A stretch of DNA of 61,793 nt, filler included, from Sanchytrium tribonematis (lineage: Eukaryota), in assembly GCA_018985235.1 (NCBI GenBank). It is 5 parts of 5 records of this genome, joined end to end, with 100 filler letters (N's around TTAATTAATTAA, not from the genome) between each part and the next. Parts side by side here need not be neighbours in the genome. Positions count along the whole stretch, not along the records: positions 12,416 to 24,716 come from JADGIG010000224.1; 4 more parts are not named here. One strand, written 5' to 3'. How positions within the stretch are numbered: position 1 is the first letter of the stretch; every line of letters starts with the position of its first letter. Positions 12,417-23,344 of the stretch are shown here, in pieces. Position numbers and translations under genes: made by a program. The notes below the pieces were generated by a model, which was not told where the DNA came from, ran no database searches, and worked only from the letters and a program-made list of their open reading frames with translations.

Positions 12417-12830
12417 CTACCTTGGGCTAAAAAAGTCCCAGACATAAAAGACAATCATTCACTTTCTCAAGAATCTTGTAATCAGTCTCAATTGGGTTTA
12501 AAGAAGGAAAAAGGCATTGATGATTCTCAGTCAGATTTAAAAACGCAGGACTCCATATCGAGCACCAAAATTGAATTTACAAACACAACCATCGTTTCTC
12601 CTATGGATCCTCCCAAATCTTTTCTAGAGCTATGTGGTGCACCCGAAATTGAGAATCTCAAAGTGGATTTGCCAGCACCAGAACCTCGAATTAAAAAAGC
12701 AATTTATTCTGATAGTAAATTTAGCGTTGTTAGTAGCCAAAGCTCAGAGTTTGAGAATCTCTTAAAGAGAATTTCACGAATCGAAAACTTTCTATCAAAT
12801 AACTTTGAAAACTTTAATAAATCTGATTAA
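12417..12830 (+). CDS. Hypothetical protein, 5'-partial
   Basis: Frame open from the contig edge; short C-terminal coiled-coil-like segment (LLKRISRIENFL). Confidence 0.5.
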   Translation, partial: LPWAKKVPDIKDNHSLSQESCNQSQLGLKKEKGIDDSQSDLKTQDSISSTKIEFTNTTIVSPMDPPKSFLELCGAPEIENLKVDLPAPEPRIKKAIYSDSKFSVVSSQSSEFENLLKRISRIENFLSNNFENFNKSD

Positions 12831-13007
12831 CTATTCAGAGGAATTCGTAGATTGATCATCGTCCAACATTTCAAGCCCAAGAATGTTTTCATTTTCTTCC
12901 AAGTCTAATACAGATACAGTTGCTACTATCAATCCCACAAATATCCAAATATTGAAGTAGTTGAGATAAGTACTTGTGTGGACATCAAAAATAGATTGAA
13001 TTAACAT
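12831..13007 (-). CDS. Possible 58-aa single-pass membrane microprotein (below ORF-track cutoff)
   Basis: Manual translation MLIQSIFDVHTSTYLNYFNIWIFVGLIVATVSVLDLEENENILGLEMLDDDQSTNSSE*; fills the gap between two genes. Confidence 0.35.
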   Translation of the reverse strand: MLIQSIFDVHTSTYLNYFNIWIFVGLIVATVSVLDLEENENILGLEMLDDDQSTNSSE

Positions 13008-13032
13008 GTTTCATTCGATCTCCAACAACAAT

Positions 13033-14886
13033 TTATTCGCGAAAACGGTAAAAAATTGCTACATCCTCAGAAGATATTTCCATTTGGTGGCTATTATGCT
13101 TTGAAGACAATTCGGCTTTTTTTAAATGCTCCACTTGTATATTTCTAGAGAACAAAAAATATATACTACACAGGGTAGCAGCTTCTGGTATTATGTACCC
13201 GTTCACGACAATTTCAATATCCTTGGTTATTTTGGAAGTTTCTTTAATATGCTTAATAATTTTGTATAATTTTATATATCTGTGAGCTGTTAATTTAGAT
13301 TTTGGAATTTTAGCTCCAGGAATTAGCGAAATTATTAAAACTGTTAATTTTGATACGATGCAAAAAGGAATCCTTTCCAAAAGGACAATTTGCTTTGCCC
13401 ATGATGGCAATTCCTCTAATTTAATGGATTCACACGTCTTATTTTTGGTAAATTGTTTGGGCAAAATTCGATTTTCCACACAACACGGAAAATCGAGGTA
13501 CGTTATTGGGCTTACTGAATAAGGCCACCCAGTTTTTGGATAGAATAAAGGTGTGCTATGCGATCTGTTGTCTTCGGTTAGAAGAGTGTTATCAATTGAG
13601 GTTTTTCTAAACGTCGGCGACTTGAATAAGTGGTTAGAAGGGCTTATTGGTGATACCGGGGAGTTTTTCAAGCTCGTGCGTATACGTACCGCAGAAGGAC
13701 TTGATATTTCTGTTTTGATTGTTTTCATTGATTTTTCTACCAAATTTCGAAACAAAGAATTAAAAACCCAGACTCCAATGTTGACTCTGTCTTCGCTAAA
13801 TTTGGGTTTTGCAATATTTTTCTGGGTATCTCCGAGATCTTCAAAATAGATCTCTGAATTGGATATTTTGCTCTCCTCGAACACAAGATATAGATTTCCA
13901 CAATGCGCCTTCAGTGTTGCCCATGCAGCTAAATAATTATCATCGATGAGCAAATCCTCCTTATTATAGCTAATGCTGTTGGTTATTAGGTCCCAACTAA
14001 ATTCTTTTCGAGATGTAGTGGTACAACATACTTTCAATTTATCATTTGAAAATTTTGCATGTAATATGCCATCTGTACCTTTCAAAACTATTGTTTCGGA
14101 AATGTCTTTACGTTCTATTATTAAGTCGCTAGATTTAGAATGAGAGCTAAGCAAAACTTTGCTGTTTTGATAAGCTGCAGTGACCCCACTTTCATGCGTT
14201 CTGAATTCTGTGCCAGTTAAATCTGTAATAAGCCCATTTGATAATGCGACCAAAAATGACGTGTCTGTGACTTCAAAGACACTTATCCGCGCTGGATAAG
14301 TTTTAATTATTTCCACCTCCTTTGCATTTCTCAAATCTGATTTGTAAATAGATGCACCAGAGCTATAGATAAGACAATCTTCCTGATCAAAATGAATTTT
14401 TTGAACCATGTCCGGTTGCTTGAGAGAAAATATTGATTCTTTAGTGCGAATGTCGAAAATTTTGATGTCTCCTTGTATAGTAGAACTGCCATAGAGATTT
14501 GGGCGATAATCGAATGAAAGCATATTTGAGTCAGTCTTCAGCCACTCCACCTTTTCTTTCCAGTAAGCTATACTTCCGTCTAAACTCCCAGTGAGAATTG
14601 ATCCATGATTGTCAGGAATCATTTGAATCACTTTGTCTGAATGGTATCCAATTGCAGAGTTGTTTTTAAATACTGATTTGTCATTGCTGCAACTAAAAAT
14701 ATTGCTATCACTGATATGAAAATCGGTCACCCAGTCATCATGAGTTGCAATAATTTTCATATTATTTGAACATTCGTATAGCTTACCGTCACGATTAGCA
14801 CCATATATGCAATCATTATAAATTCGTATTTTTTGATAGGGCAGTGAAGGCAGTTCTTTTGATGTAAGTGCAATTTGAACACTCAT
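13033..14886 (-). CDS. WD40 protein, WDR48/UAF1/Duf1 family (deubiquitinase cofactor)
   Basis: HDDWVTD and HSDKVIQM WD repeats; WATLKAHCGNLYLVFEE..SEIY and DRVNIGVWVFNSLF resemble the WDR48 ancillary domain. Confidence 0.7.
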   Translation of the reverse strand: MSVQIALTSKELPSLPYQKIRIYNDCIYGANRDGKLYECSNNMKIIATHDDWVTDFHISDSNIFSCSNDKSVFKNNSAIGYHSDKVIQMIPDNHGSILTGSLDGSIAYWKEKVEWLKTDSNMLSFDYRPNLYGSSTIQGDIKIFDIRTKESIFSLKQPDMVQKIHFDQEDCLIYSSGASIYKSDLRNAKEVEIIKTYPARISVFEVTDTSFLVALSNGLITDLTGTEFRTHESGVTAAYQNSKVLLSSHSKSSDLIIERKDISETIVLKGTDGILHAKFSNDKLKVCCTTTSRKEFSWDLITNSISYNKEDLLIDDNYLAAWATLKAHCGNLYLVFEESKISNSEIYFEDLGDTQKNIAKPKFSEDRVNIGVWVFNSLFRNLVEKSMKTIKTEISSPSAVRIRTSLKNSPVSPISPSNHLFKSPTFRKTSIDNTLLTEDNRSHSTPLFYPKTGWPYSVSPITYLDFPCCVENRILPKQFTKNKTCESIKLEELPSWAKQIVLLERIPFCIVSKLTVLIISLIPGAKIPKSKLTAHRYIKLYKIIKHIKETSKITKDIEIVVNGYIIPEAATLCSIYFLFSRNIQVEHLKKAELSSKHNSHQMEISSEDVAIFYRFRE

Positions 14887-14936
14887 AAAGTGTTTGAAGA
14901 TCTCCACAAATACAAAACGAAATAATTGTATAAAAT

Positions 14937-16514
14937 TTACTTACTTTTAACTTTTTTGCTTTTCTTAGAAGGTGTTTCGCTCTCGTTTTTTCTCTTCTTT
15001 GGCGTTTCTATAGGAGTTTCTGATTTTCGATTCTTTTTATCTTTCTTAGTCTTTTTCTGTTTTTCACTTGGGACATCAGCTTTGACTTCTTCCACTTTTT
15101 TATTTTCAATGGTTTTTTCTTCAACAGAAGAATCTTCAGGAGTCTTGGACTTTTTCTTTTTCTTGTCTTTCTTTTCTTTTTTAGACTTCGATTTTTTTGG
15201 TTCTTCATCAATTTCCATTTTGTCTGATGGTTTGGAAGTTGCAACTGCATTACCGTCCAAGGATATACCTTCTTTGGCCATCAACTCTTTAGCTTTAATC
15301 ATGACGTCTTCATTTTTGACGGGTTCCCTGCCCTCATTTAAATTATTAAGTCGTTGCTCAACTTGATCCTTCATGGCTCGGCCAAAGACATCAGAAACCT
15401 GTTCTTCTGCAGAAAAACAATCAATTCTAGATGCAATAGTACACTTATTAGCTAAAAATCTGCTAACTCTTCCTTTAAATTGTGGCTGTGCTCTTCCAAT
15501 AAATGAGGAGTGATAAAGCAATCCAAATTTAGGAGTATTACCCTTCTTTTTCAATGCACGGAAAAGAGCTTTCTCGGCTCCCAAAATTTGAACTGTGCTA
15601 GCAGGACATTTAGATAGATTAGTTAAAGAACCAGCATGTGCAATCAGTCGAGCACCTACCAGTTCTCCAATTAAGGCACTGAGATTTGGAGCAACGCCGT
15701 GCATTCTTTCCATAAGATAGGCGGAAAGTTCTTTTCTGTATTCAAACAGATCTACAACCTTTTTAGCAAAAGCAGATACTGAAACAATATCAGCAGAGCT
15801 TAAATCTTGACCAAAGGAAGAATTGGCTACCTTGATAATCTGCTGTTGTAACTCGTCGTCCATTACCAGCTCCTTAATCGCTTTAGTTTTTGCTTCTGTA
15901 ATTTTTGTTTTATCTTGTAAAATCAAGAGTAATCTACAATATAACAAGTGATCTTTCACAACATTCCCTAATTCAGGGAACCCCCAGGAATACCATTCTC
16001 TTGCGCGCATAGCAAAAGTGTTAATATCCTTGTCCAATTGATCTAACAACGCAATAGATTGTATGATCATATTATCAACTTTGTTTACGTTAAACTGAAC
16101 CTTGGTTCTGCTGAAAGCATGTCCTAGCCCCAATTGAGCTTTTTCCACGTCGTCTTTTTCGACATGGGAACTTAAAAACTTCGGCAAAAGTTGTCTACCA
16201 CTTCGGAGAAGCTGAAAAGTCAAATCATCCGCATTGCATTTGACGACGCCGTTCAATAAGGCGGCCATATTTTTTTCACATCCAAGAACGCTGTCTTTTG
16301 TTAAATGAAGTGAGAGAAAATTTTTCAACGTTCCTGGAAGTTTGTGTTCTGAAATAGATTGTATGACATCTAAGGCTTCCTTTCCCGAGGTAAATGGTTG
16401 AAATGCCACCAACTTAACATTTTTTCCAAATACTTGTAAGTCATTCGACTTGACTTTATCTTGCTTGCAATCAAGAAGAGCAAATCCAGAGGCGCTTTCT
16501 AAGAGTAAATGCAT
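14937..16514 (-). CDS. NOP56: Box C/D snoRNP protein Nop56
   Basis: LGLGHAFSRTKVQFNVNKVDNMIIQSIALLDQLDKDINTFAMRAREWYSWGFPEL; PASTVQILGAEKALFRALK; Lys/Glu-rich tail. Confidence 0.95.
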   Translation of the reverse strand: MHLLLESASGFALLDCKQDKVKSNDLQVFGKNVKLVAFQPFTSGKEALDVIQSISEHKLPGTLKNFLSLHLTKDSVLGCEKNMAALLNGVVKCNADDLTFQLLRSGRQLLPKFLSSHVEKDDVEKAQLGLGHAFSRTKVQFNVNKVDNMIIQSIALLDQLDKDINTFAMRAREWYSWGFPELGNVVKDHLLYCRLLLILQDKTKITEAKTKAIKELVMDDELQQQIIKVANSSFGQDLSSADIVSVSAFAKKVVDLFEYRKELSAYLMERMHGVAPNLSALIGELVGARLIAHAGSLTNLSKCPASTVQILGAEKALFRALKKKGNTPKFGLLYHSSFIGRAQPQFKGRVSRFLANKCTIASRIDCFSAEEQVSDVFGRAMKDQVEQRLNNLNEGREPVKNEDVMIKAKELMAKEGISLDGNAVATSKPSDKMEIDEEPKKSKSKKEKKDKKKKKSKTPEDSSVEEKTIENKKVEEVKADVPSEKQKKTKKDKKNRKSETPIETPKKRKNESETPSKKSKKVKSK

Positions 16515-16569
16515 CGAGGGGGATCTCCTATGATTGTATTCGTTTTTACAGGATCAAACAAATTTTCAC

Positions 16570-18900
16570 ATGAAACAATCCAATCTGCATATTCTTGTTC
16601 TACAGCAAAATATTCAAGAAATAGAAAATGAATTTAAATTAGATGGTCTGGACTTGTGGGAAGCGGATTCATCTGGATTTACCGTATTTGACCTTGCAGC
16701 TCCAAGGATTAAGCTACTAATTGATGAATATATAAAACGGCAAACTGGAATTCAAACTCAAAAATGCCTTCAATTTGTGATTGAAAATAATTTAAATGGA
16801 ATCCGGCAATATGTGCAACACCCATTGGTCAGATATGTAGATTTTGATATATTAGATGAAAAGAGTGGTCAGAGTATGTTACACCACGCCGTGCTGAATG
16901 AAAACTCTGAAATGTTAAAAATTATTGCACCGCATGTTAATTTATATCTACGAAATAGGGATGGATACACCTGCTCGGAAATAGGAATCAAAGGCGAGAT
17001 TCAGAATACTATTGAATATTTTATGAATAGTCAACCATTCAAATTACCTCTAAAGAGTCTACACAGAGGCTTTCTAATAAAAGGCAAAGGAATTTCGGCA
17101 AAAAGGAGGTTTTTTGAGCTCTGCAACGATGGTGTCCTGTCCTGTTATCGAAAGGAAGATTGCAAAAACTGCCGTGGAATTCTAAGCATTGAGGATTTAA
17201 GATTAGAAAGACTCAGCAGCAAAGAATTTAATCTTTGTACGCCTTATTTTAAGTGGAAGTTAAAAGCTGAAAATGAAAAATCTGCTACTGAATGGATCTC
17301 CATAATTAGCATCAATTCCAATAGAAAAGCTTCCCCGGACTCCCAAGACTCTCATTCACTAAACAGAAACAGCTCTTTGTCGATTCGGAGCACTGCATCT
17401 CTAATTAGTACAAAATCGACTCCATTTATTTTTGATTCACTTGATGATAAAATCTATGATTGTAGAAATGCAATCAAAAAAGAGTTGGATGCCCTACAAG
17501 ACGGTCTTAAAGAAAAATCTTTAGAAGAAATGAATAGAAATATCGTCAATATAAGACGTCAATTAACTGTTTTAGACACTTTGTTGGTACGAAAAGATAA
17601 TAACGTAATGAACAAAGTTGAAGCTCAAAATTCGTTCTCAATAGACAGTATTAGTGAAAGCGCTGATGACGAGTTTTTCGATGCCATTGAAAAGGTCAAA
17701 ATCGACTCATTTAATATACCACCGGGCTATGGGGCAACTTTTAGAAAATCATTTCCAGTTGACCACAGTCAAATTAAACATAACATTAATGTCATTTCGT
17801 TTTTAAGAGATTTAATAGGAACTGATTTATTACATGTCTTACTTCCAGTTAGCTTTTGCGAGCCATCCAGTATTCTGTTTCGTTTATGCGACGTAATGGA
17901 GTATTCCCATTTGTTAAACATCGCGGTACAAAGAAAGGATCCGCAAGAAAGGCTTCTCATGGTGTCTGCCTTTGCTTGCTCATCCTACTCGGGTGGAATC
18001 GACAGAACAAACAAGCCATTTGACCCCTTTGTAGGTGAAACATTTGAAATTGCCAGACCAGATCTTGGATTTAGAGGTGTTTGTGAGCAGATTAGTAGAA
18101 CGCCATCTACTTCAGCAGTTCATTTTGAGGGTCAAAATTGGAATTTTAGTATGGAGAGTAGAGTCAGCACTAAATTTCATGGATCTCATATTTCCGTTGC
18201 GCCTCAAGGTCATGCAATTCTTTGCTTAATTATAGATGGAGAAGAGGAATTTTACTCTTGGAAACCAGTCAAAGCAGTTTGCAATGGCATACTTACAGGA
18301 AAACGTTGGATAGACCATTTCGGGAATTGTGATATCACCTGTCACAAAACCAAACTAGTCTGTAATATAGAGTTTTCCTCTGCAAATTGGTTGAGGCAAA
18401 ATCAGTACAAAGTGCAAGGCAATATTGAAAATATATGGCATTTCAGTGGATTATGGAATGACCATCTATTAGCGAAAAAAGTGGACGGAACTTCAAATAA
18501 TTTTCATTTGTCGGATCCATCAGAAATTGAAGATAGTGCTGAAAGAACAACTGTTCTATGGCATTGTACATCAATGAAAGATAGGTCTCCCGCAAACTTT
18601 AATTTTTCTGAGTTTGCAATTTCTTTAAATGAAATATCTGATGAATTAAAGGTTCATTTACCTCCAACTGATACTCGATTTCGACCAGATATCAGGGCAA
18701 TGGAGGAGGGTGACTACACGGAGGCAGATAGTCAGTTGAAGTCAATTGAAAAACAGAATTTGGACAAAACTGCCACTCCATTGTGGTTTACCAAAGAAAT
18801 TCATCCTGTCACGAACCTGGAATACTATAAGTTTAACCCAGAATATTGGACTCATAGACAAAACAAAAGTTTTAATTCTGTGTGTCCAAATTTATTTTAA
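16570..18900 (+). CDS. Oxysterol-binding protein homolog (ankyrin-PH-FFAT-ORD; Osh1/Osh2 architecture)
   Basis: Ankyrin GQSMLHHAV, PH domain, FFAT DDEFFDAIE, LPVSFCEPSSIL, KPFDPFVGETFE, LPPTDTRFRPDIRAMEEG. Start codon uncertain. Confidence 0.9.
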   Translation: MKQSNLHILVLQQNIQEIENEFKLDGLDLWEADSSGFTVFDLAAPRIKLLIDEYIKRQTGIQTQKCLQFVIENNLNGIRQYVQHPLVRYVDFDILDEKSGQSMLHHAVLNENSEMLKIIAPHVNLYLRNRDGYTCSEIGIKGEIQNTIEYFMNSQPFKLPLKSLHRGFLIKGKGISAKRRFFELCNDGVLSCYRKEDCKNCRGILSIEDLRLERLSSKEFNLCTPYFKWKLKAENEKSATEWISIISINSNRKASPDSQDSHSLNRNSSLSIRSTASLISTKSTPFIFDSLDDKIYDCRNAIKKELDALQDGLKEKSLEEMNRNIVNIRRQLTVLDTLLVRKDNNVMNKVEAQNSFSIDSISESADDEFFDAIEKVKIDSFNIPPGYGATFRKSFPVDHSQIKHNINVISFLRDLIGTDLLHVLLPVSFCEPSSILFRLCDVMEYSHLLNIAVQRKDPQERLLMVSAFACSSYSGGIDRTNKPFDPFVGETFEIARPDLGFRGVCEQISRTPSTSAVHFEGQNWNFSMESRVSTKFHGSHISVAPQGHAILCLIIDGEEEFYSWKPVKAVCNGILTGKRWIDHFGNCDITCHKTKLVCNIEFSSANWLRQNQYKVQGNIENIWHFSGLWNDHLLAKKVDGTSNNFHLSDPSEIEDSAERTTVLWHCTSMKDRSPANFNFSEFAISLNEISDELKVHLPPTDTRFRPDIRAMEEGDYTEADSQLKSIEKQNLDKTATPLWFTKEIHPVTNLEYYKFNPEYWTHRQNKSFNSVCPNLF

Positions 18901-18951
18901 TAAAATAATTTATGAACTTTTACAAAAAAGGGGTTCAACACTTTAGTTACA

Positions 18952-19803
18952 ATGCCAACTCATTTGTTCAAAAAAGCAAGGAAGAATACAAGGTACGTAA
19001 GGCGATTTGAATACACCAACATTAAAGATACGCTGGAGAAACACGTAGCAACAAAATTAAAGCCTAGGACAAAATGGTTGAATGCAATGGATAAGTTTCC
19101 ACCCTCAGCTCTATTGGCGAAAGTGCCCTCTCACGTTATCGAGATTGGTCATCCAAGCTCCAATTTTCCCTATGCGATTAAGTATCCCTCCCCAAGTGGA
19201 AAGCATAAGCGGGACATTATGAAGAAGAAAATGATTCCACCGCAACTGGAATTTCAAGAAGGTCTTGACTTCAAATTAGCCTGTGACTTTCCTTTTGAAT
19301 TGTCTAAACCCAAATTTCTGTACAACACTGAGGAAGAATTAAAAAAAGATGATTCTTTGTACTCCAAGTTTTTTGAGCTAAAAAAATCAAAATCGTCTAT
19401 GTCAGAAATTTACGAAGAAATATCTAACCTATTTAAATCAAAACAATTAGAAGAATGCGCAAATTTATATAGTGTTTTTGAAAAAATGGATATTTCAGAG
19501 AAAGGAGGACGAGCAGTGCAAAAACTGGAATCCTCGATTGAAGGAAAAATAGTGAATGATCTTGAACCCAAGCTTTCTAATGACGATAAGCTGAAGATTA
19601 AGATGCTGATTTTGATGAAAACGAAGCATGAAAAGTTACAGGCAATGAAGCTTGCGGCTTCTAACTCTGTTGAAACCGAATTTAAAAACCCTTATTTGGA
19701 CCTGAAAGATACAAAGCCTGTTTCTTCTGTTTTGTTGGAGAAACAATACTATAGAAGAAGTTTGGCTCCTCAGAGAACATCTATAACAGGAAGACTTTTT
19801 TAA
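18952..19803 (+). CDS. Probable mitochondrial small-subunit ribosomal protein mS23 (Rsm25-like)
   Basis: Basic N-terminus; WLNAMDKFPP and PPQLEFQE..DFPFELSKPKFL resemble the Rsm25 W..PP and HPWEL.RP motifs. Confidence 0.55.
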   Translation: MPTHLFKKARKNTRYVRRFEYTNIKDTLEKHVATKLKPRTKWLNAMDKFPPSALLAKVPSHVIEIGHPSSNFPYAIKYPSPSGKHKRDIMKKKMIPPQLEFQEGLDFKLACDFPFELSKPKFLYNTEEELKKDDSLYSKFFELKKSKSSMSEIYEEISNLFKSKQLEECANLYSVFEKMDISEKGGRAVQKLESSIEGKIVNDLEPKLSNDDKLKIKMLILMKTKHEKLQAMKLAASNSVETEFKNPYLDLKDTKPVSSVLLEKQYYRRSLAPQRTSITGRLF

Positions 19804-19813
19804 TAAAGATTTA

Positions 19814-20005
19814 CTAAAAACTTGGCTTTTTAGAAGGTTCTGACTCTGATACTGAGACTCTATAACTTTCATCATATAGAGACTTTCGTTGCTCTCCATT
19901 TCTTGGTCGTCGACCTCTACAAATCCAAGACACCAGTATCAATACTATGATAAGAAATCCAGCTGCTCCAGCGCCTCCAAAGTAATATGAGTTAAAGTCT
20001 GCCAT
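19814..20005 (-). CDS. 63-aa single-pass membrane microprotein
   Basis: ATG start, clear TM helix (GAAGFLIIVLILVSWIC) followed by a basic cluster RGRRPR. Confidence 0.55.
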   Translation of the reverse strand: MADFNSYYFGGAGAAGFLIIVLILVSWICRGRRPRNGEQRKSLYDESYRVSVSESEPSKKPSF

Positions 20006-20185
20006 TTAAAATATCAAAGCCTTTTCTACAGTTGAGCCACTTTTTAGAATTTTAAAAAGAAATTCCTTATTTATTCGCCTCGATAAATATTTCTCAGATC
20101 CCAGAGAAGCACTATAATAAATAATAGGAAATTTTTCGGTCAATGATTTTGATGAAAAATAATAAACGTTTTAGGCCAAGTTTTG

Positions 20186-23100
20186 ATGGAAGGAGATCAA
20201 CCCCAACAGCCTAGAGTTCGAAAATATGGAGGTTTAAGGGATACCCCTTCGCTTGAACAAGAAAATAAAGATTCACAGTCACAGCCACAGCAGATGCCTG
20301 CAGGAGAAAAGAAAAAATCGCTTTATGGTCTACGAGCTCTCACGAATGACGCAGAAAACAAAAATAGTGCCGAAATGGAAACCAGCAATCAGACGAGTAT
20401 TGAGGAGGACCCCGCTGCTAATCAGAAAAAGCGACTTTATGGAGTAACTAGAATTTCTGCCAATGATCAACCTGAAGTTCAAGATACTGTAGATATTCCT
20501 GAAGAAGAAATCCTGGAAAGTATGCAACCCCAAACTGCGGCTGATTTCTTTTCTGGTAGCAAAAAAGATGATCCATCTAACATAAAAAAGGTTTTCCACA
20601 AAAGCGTTAGGCCTACTAAATTGAAGAAAAAGTTGACACCGGAAGAAACCATGATTGGCCATTTAACATTTAGAAGAAAAGCCTGGATGTTTTTCGTAGC
20701 CTTAATGACCTGTTGGATTCCAGAATGTTGCGTCAAAGCAAGAATAGATTCTCCGGAGAAACGTATAGCTTGGAGAGAAAAGGTCACACTCTGCCTGCTG
20801 ATGTTTTGTTTTAGTGTTGGTGGTGTGCTTTGGCTGGAAATTAAACGATTTATTACTTGTGTCGATGGAGATCCAAAATTAAACATTCGAAATCCAATAC
20901 ATAAGAATGTATTTTCAACTGTTAGCAGCTCCCAAGTCCTTATCCATGGACAACTTTATAGTGCAGACTCCAATGGTCCTCTTCGCTATGCAGCACAATA
21001 TGCTGGACTTGAGGCTTCCTCTCTATTTCCCAGAGTTTTTAAAGCTCCTTATGATCAGGACTTGCAATCATGCGTCAATATGACAATCATCAATAGGGAT
21101 ACGAATTACAATCAATTTATATCAGCCTATGCTCAAAAAAGAAAATATAATCTTACCAAAGATGTTAACGGAAACTATGCAGGTTGTAAAGACCCTAATG
21201 GAAATCCAACTTCTTGCTACTATGGGCAAGCCGTAGATGGTGATTTGAGTCAGAGCGTTCTCGGATCTCTCTTGAAAACTAAAGACACTCTAATGAATGA
21301 AACTGATAGAATGTGGTTCATTATTGGTGATACAGTGTATGATGCAACAGAGTATGTGAAAACGGCAACCGAATTCGATTGGGACAATCCTTTTATAAAA
21401 CCAGCAGGTGGTCCTCTTGATGTTTATAGCCGTCGATTTATTTTGAACGATGATATCACAGTTTTTCTAATGAACAATTTCTTTACAGATGCAACGGCAA
21501 ATTTCGTTAATTTGCAAGGTTATGCTGGTGTTCAAAAATGTTTTGATAAATTGTTCTTTTATGGTTACGTTGAACCTCAAAATAGGTTTGCTTGTTGGGT
21601 TTTAGATATACCATTTTATAGTATGTCGGTTGTCGTATTATGGGTTCTTTATTTTAGACTGATAACCGCTCTCCTCTGGTACATTATTACTCCAAGAGGC
21701 TATAGAAAAGATGCTTATGTCATTTGCTTCATTCCTTGCTACACTGAAGGTCCCTCGATGGCTGTTACTCTGGAAACCTTAGCAACCGCAGACTATCAAG
21801 ATGAAAAGAAACTACTCATGGTAGTATGTGATGGTAATATTACTGGTAAAGGAAATTCAAAACCAACACCAGAGGTCGCTCTAGACCTTCTAGGATGGAA
21901 AGGCGAGGACCCTAAACCTAGAGCTTATTTAGCTTTAGGAAAAGCCGACGCAAAAGTCAATATGGCAAAGGTTTATAGTGGCTTTTACGAATTTCAGGGC
22001 CATACAGTTCCCTATATGGTTATTGCAAAAGTGGGTAAGCCAAGCGAGAAAAGCACTCCAAAACCGGGAAATAGAGGAAAGAGAGACTCTCAACTCATTT
22101 TGATGAATTTTTACAACAAGCTAACTTATAAAAACAGAAAGATGTTTCCATTAGAATATGAGATTTATTTTCACATTAAAAATATTATTAAAGTAGATCC
22201 TCTAGAGTACGAATACTGTTTAATGGTGGATGCAGATACTAAAGTTGACGCTGGAAGTTTAAAACACTTGATTGGACCACTTATTGAAAATCCTATGGTG
22301 ATTGCTGGTTGCGGAGAAACGAATGTCAGCAACAAATATGCATCTTATACGTCTATGATTCAAATATATGAGTATTGGATCAATCATCATTATGGAAAAT
22401 GCTTTGAGAGCTTCTTTGGAAAAGTAACTTGTTTACCAGGATGTTTCTGCATTTACAGAATGAGATATCCGAGAGGAGAGCCATTTCTCTGTCATGATAA
22501 CATTATAAAAGATTACAGTATAAATCGAACCATGACACTCCATACCAAAAATCTACTTCATTTGGGAGAAGATCGTTATTTGACAACTTTAATTTTAAAA
22601 CATTTTCCAACAAAGAGATTAATATTTTTACCAATGGCAATCTGTTCTACTGATATTCCTGATAAATTTGCAGTTTTAAAATCGCAAAGAAGAAGATGGA
22701 TTAATTCGACCTTTCACAATCAGTATGTCTTGTTCAACATTCCCCGAATTTGCGGGAGATGGTGCTGTGATATGAAATTGTTAGTTATGTACGAGTTGTC
22801 CTCGTTTCTAGTTATGCCTGCCGCAACATTATATTTGTATAGTTTAGTTGTTCGTGGTGCTCTGCAAGGTAATTGCTTTTCATATAGGTGGAGATTATAC
22901 TATTACGCTAGCTGGTTTAGCTGTATTGTACGGTGTTCACATGGTTATTATTTTTGTGCAAAAGAGACCGTCATATTTACTGTGGCTGTTTGTCTACACC
23001 GTGTGCTCTTATCCAATTCATGGTCTTTATCTTCCGGTTTACAGCTTCTGGCACTTTGACGATTTTAGTTGGGGGAATACTAGACAGGTGAGTGCCAAAC

Positions 23101-23300
23101 AAGTGAAGGAAGAAAATGAGAAGGAAAACGAAGAAATTTTGAGAAGATTACCACAAGGAACAATTGCTGATTACCAACAGCAAGATGGCCGTCTTGATGA
23201 AGACGAGGAGCAAGATTGGAACGGAATTCTTAAATCAAAGAATCCACAATATAACAGCAATGAAAATTTGAAAGGTACAGGCAAATATAATGGACAATAA
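20186..23300 (+). CDS. Chitin synthase, division 2 (class IV/V-like, cytochrome b5-like region), 2 exons, ~1031 aa
   Basis: AWREKVTL, CFIPCYTEG, GNRGKRDSQ, MVDADT, TCLPGCF, LGEDRYLTTL, SQRRRWINST; second exon ends YSFWHFDDFSWGNTR. Exons join after removing 22869-22887. Confidence 0.95.
22869..22887 (+). other. 19-nt spliceosomal intron GTAATTGCTTTTCATATAG (chitin synthase)
   Basis: Removal gives ALQG-GDYT and brings the conserved FWHFDDFSWGNTR tail into frame. Confidence 0.9.
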
Positions 23301-23344
23301 TATAATAAATTCATGTAGTAACTCTTTGTTCAAAAAACTTGGAA

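Noticed and set aside
14926..15366. Antisense and alternate-frame ORFs (also 2301-6971, 27292-27603, 34461-35380, 60000-60840)
   Set aside because: Shadows of real genes on the other strand or frame, with no independent motifs.
16536..16551. Possible 16-nt intron GTATTCGTTTTTACAG linking ATG 16530 to the OSBP frame
   Set aside because: It restores frame but lacks the A at -6 seen in all eight 19-mers, and an in-frame ATG at 16570 makes it unnecessary.
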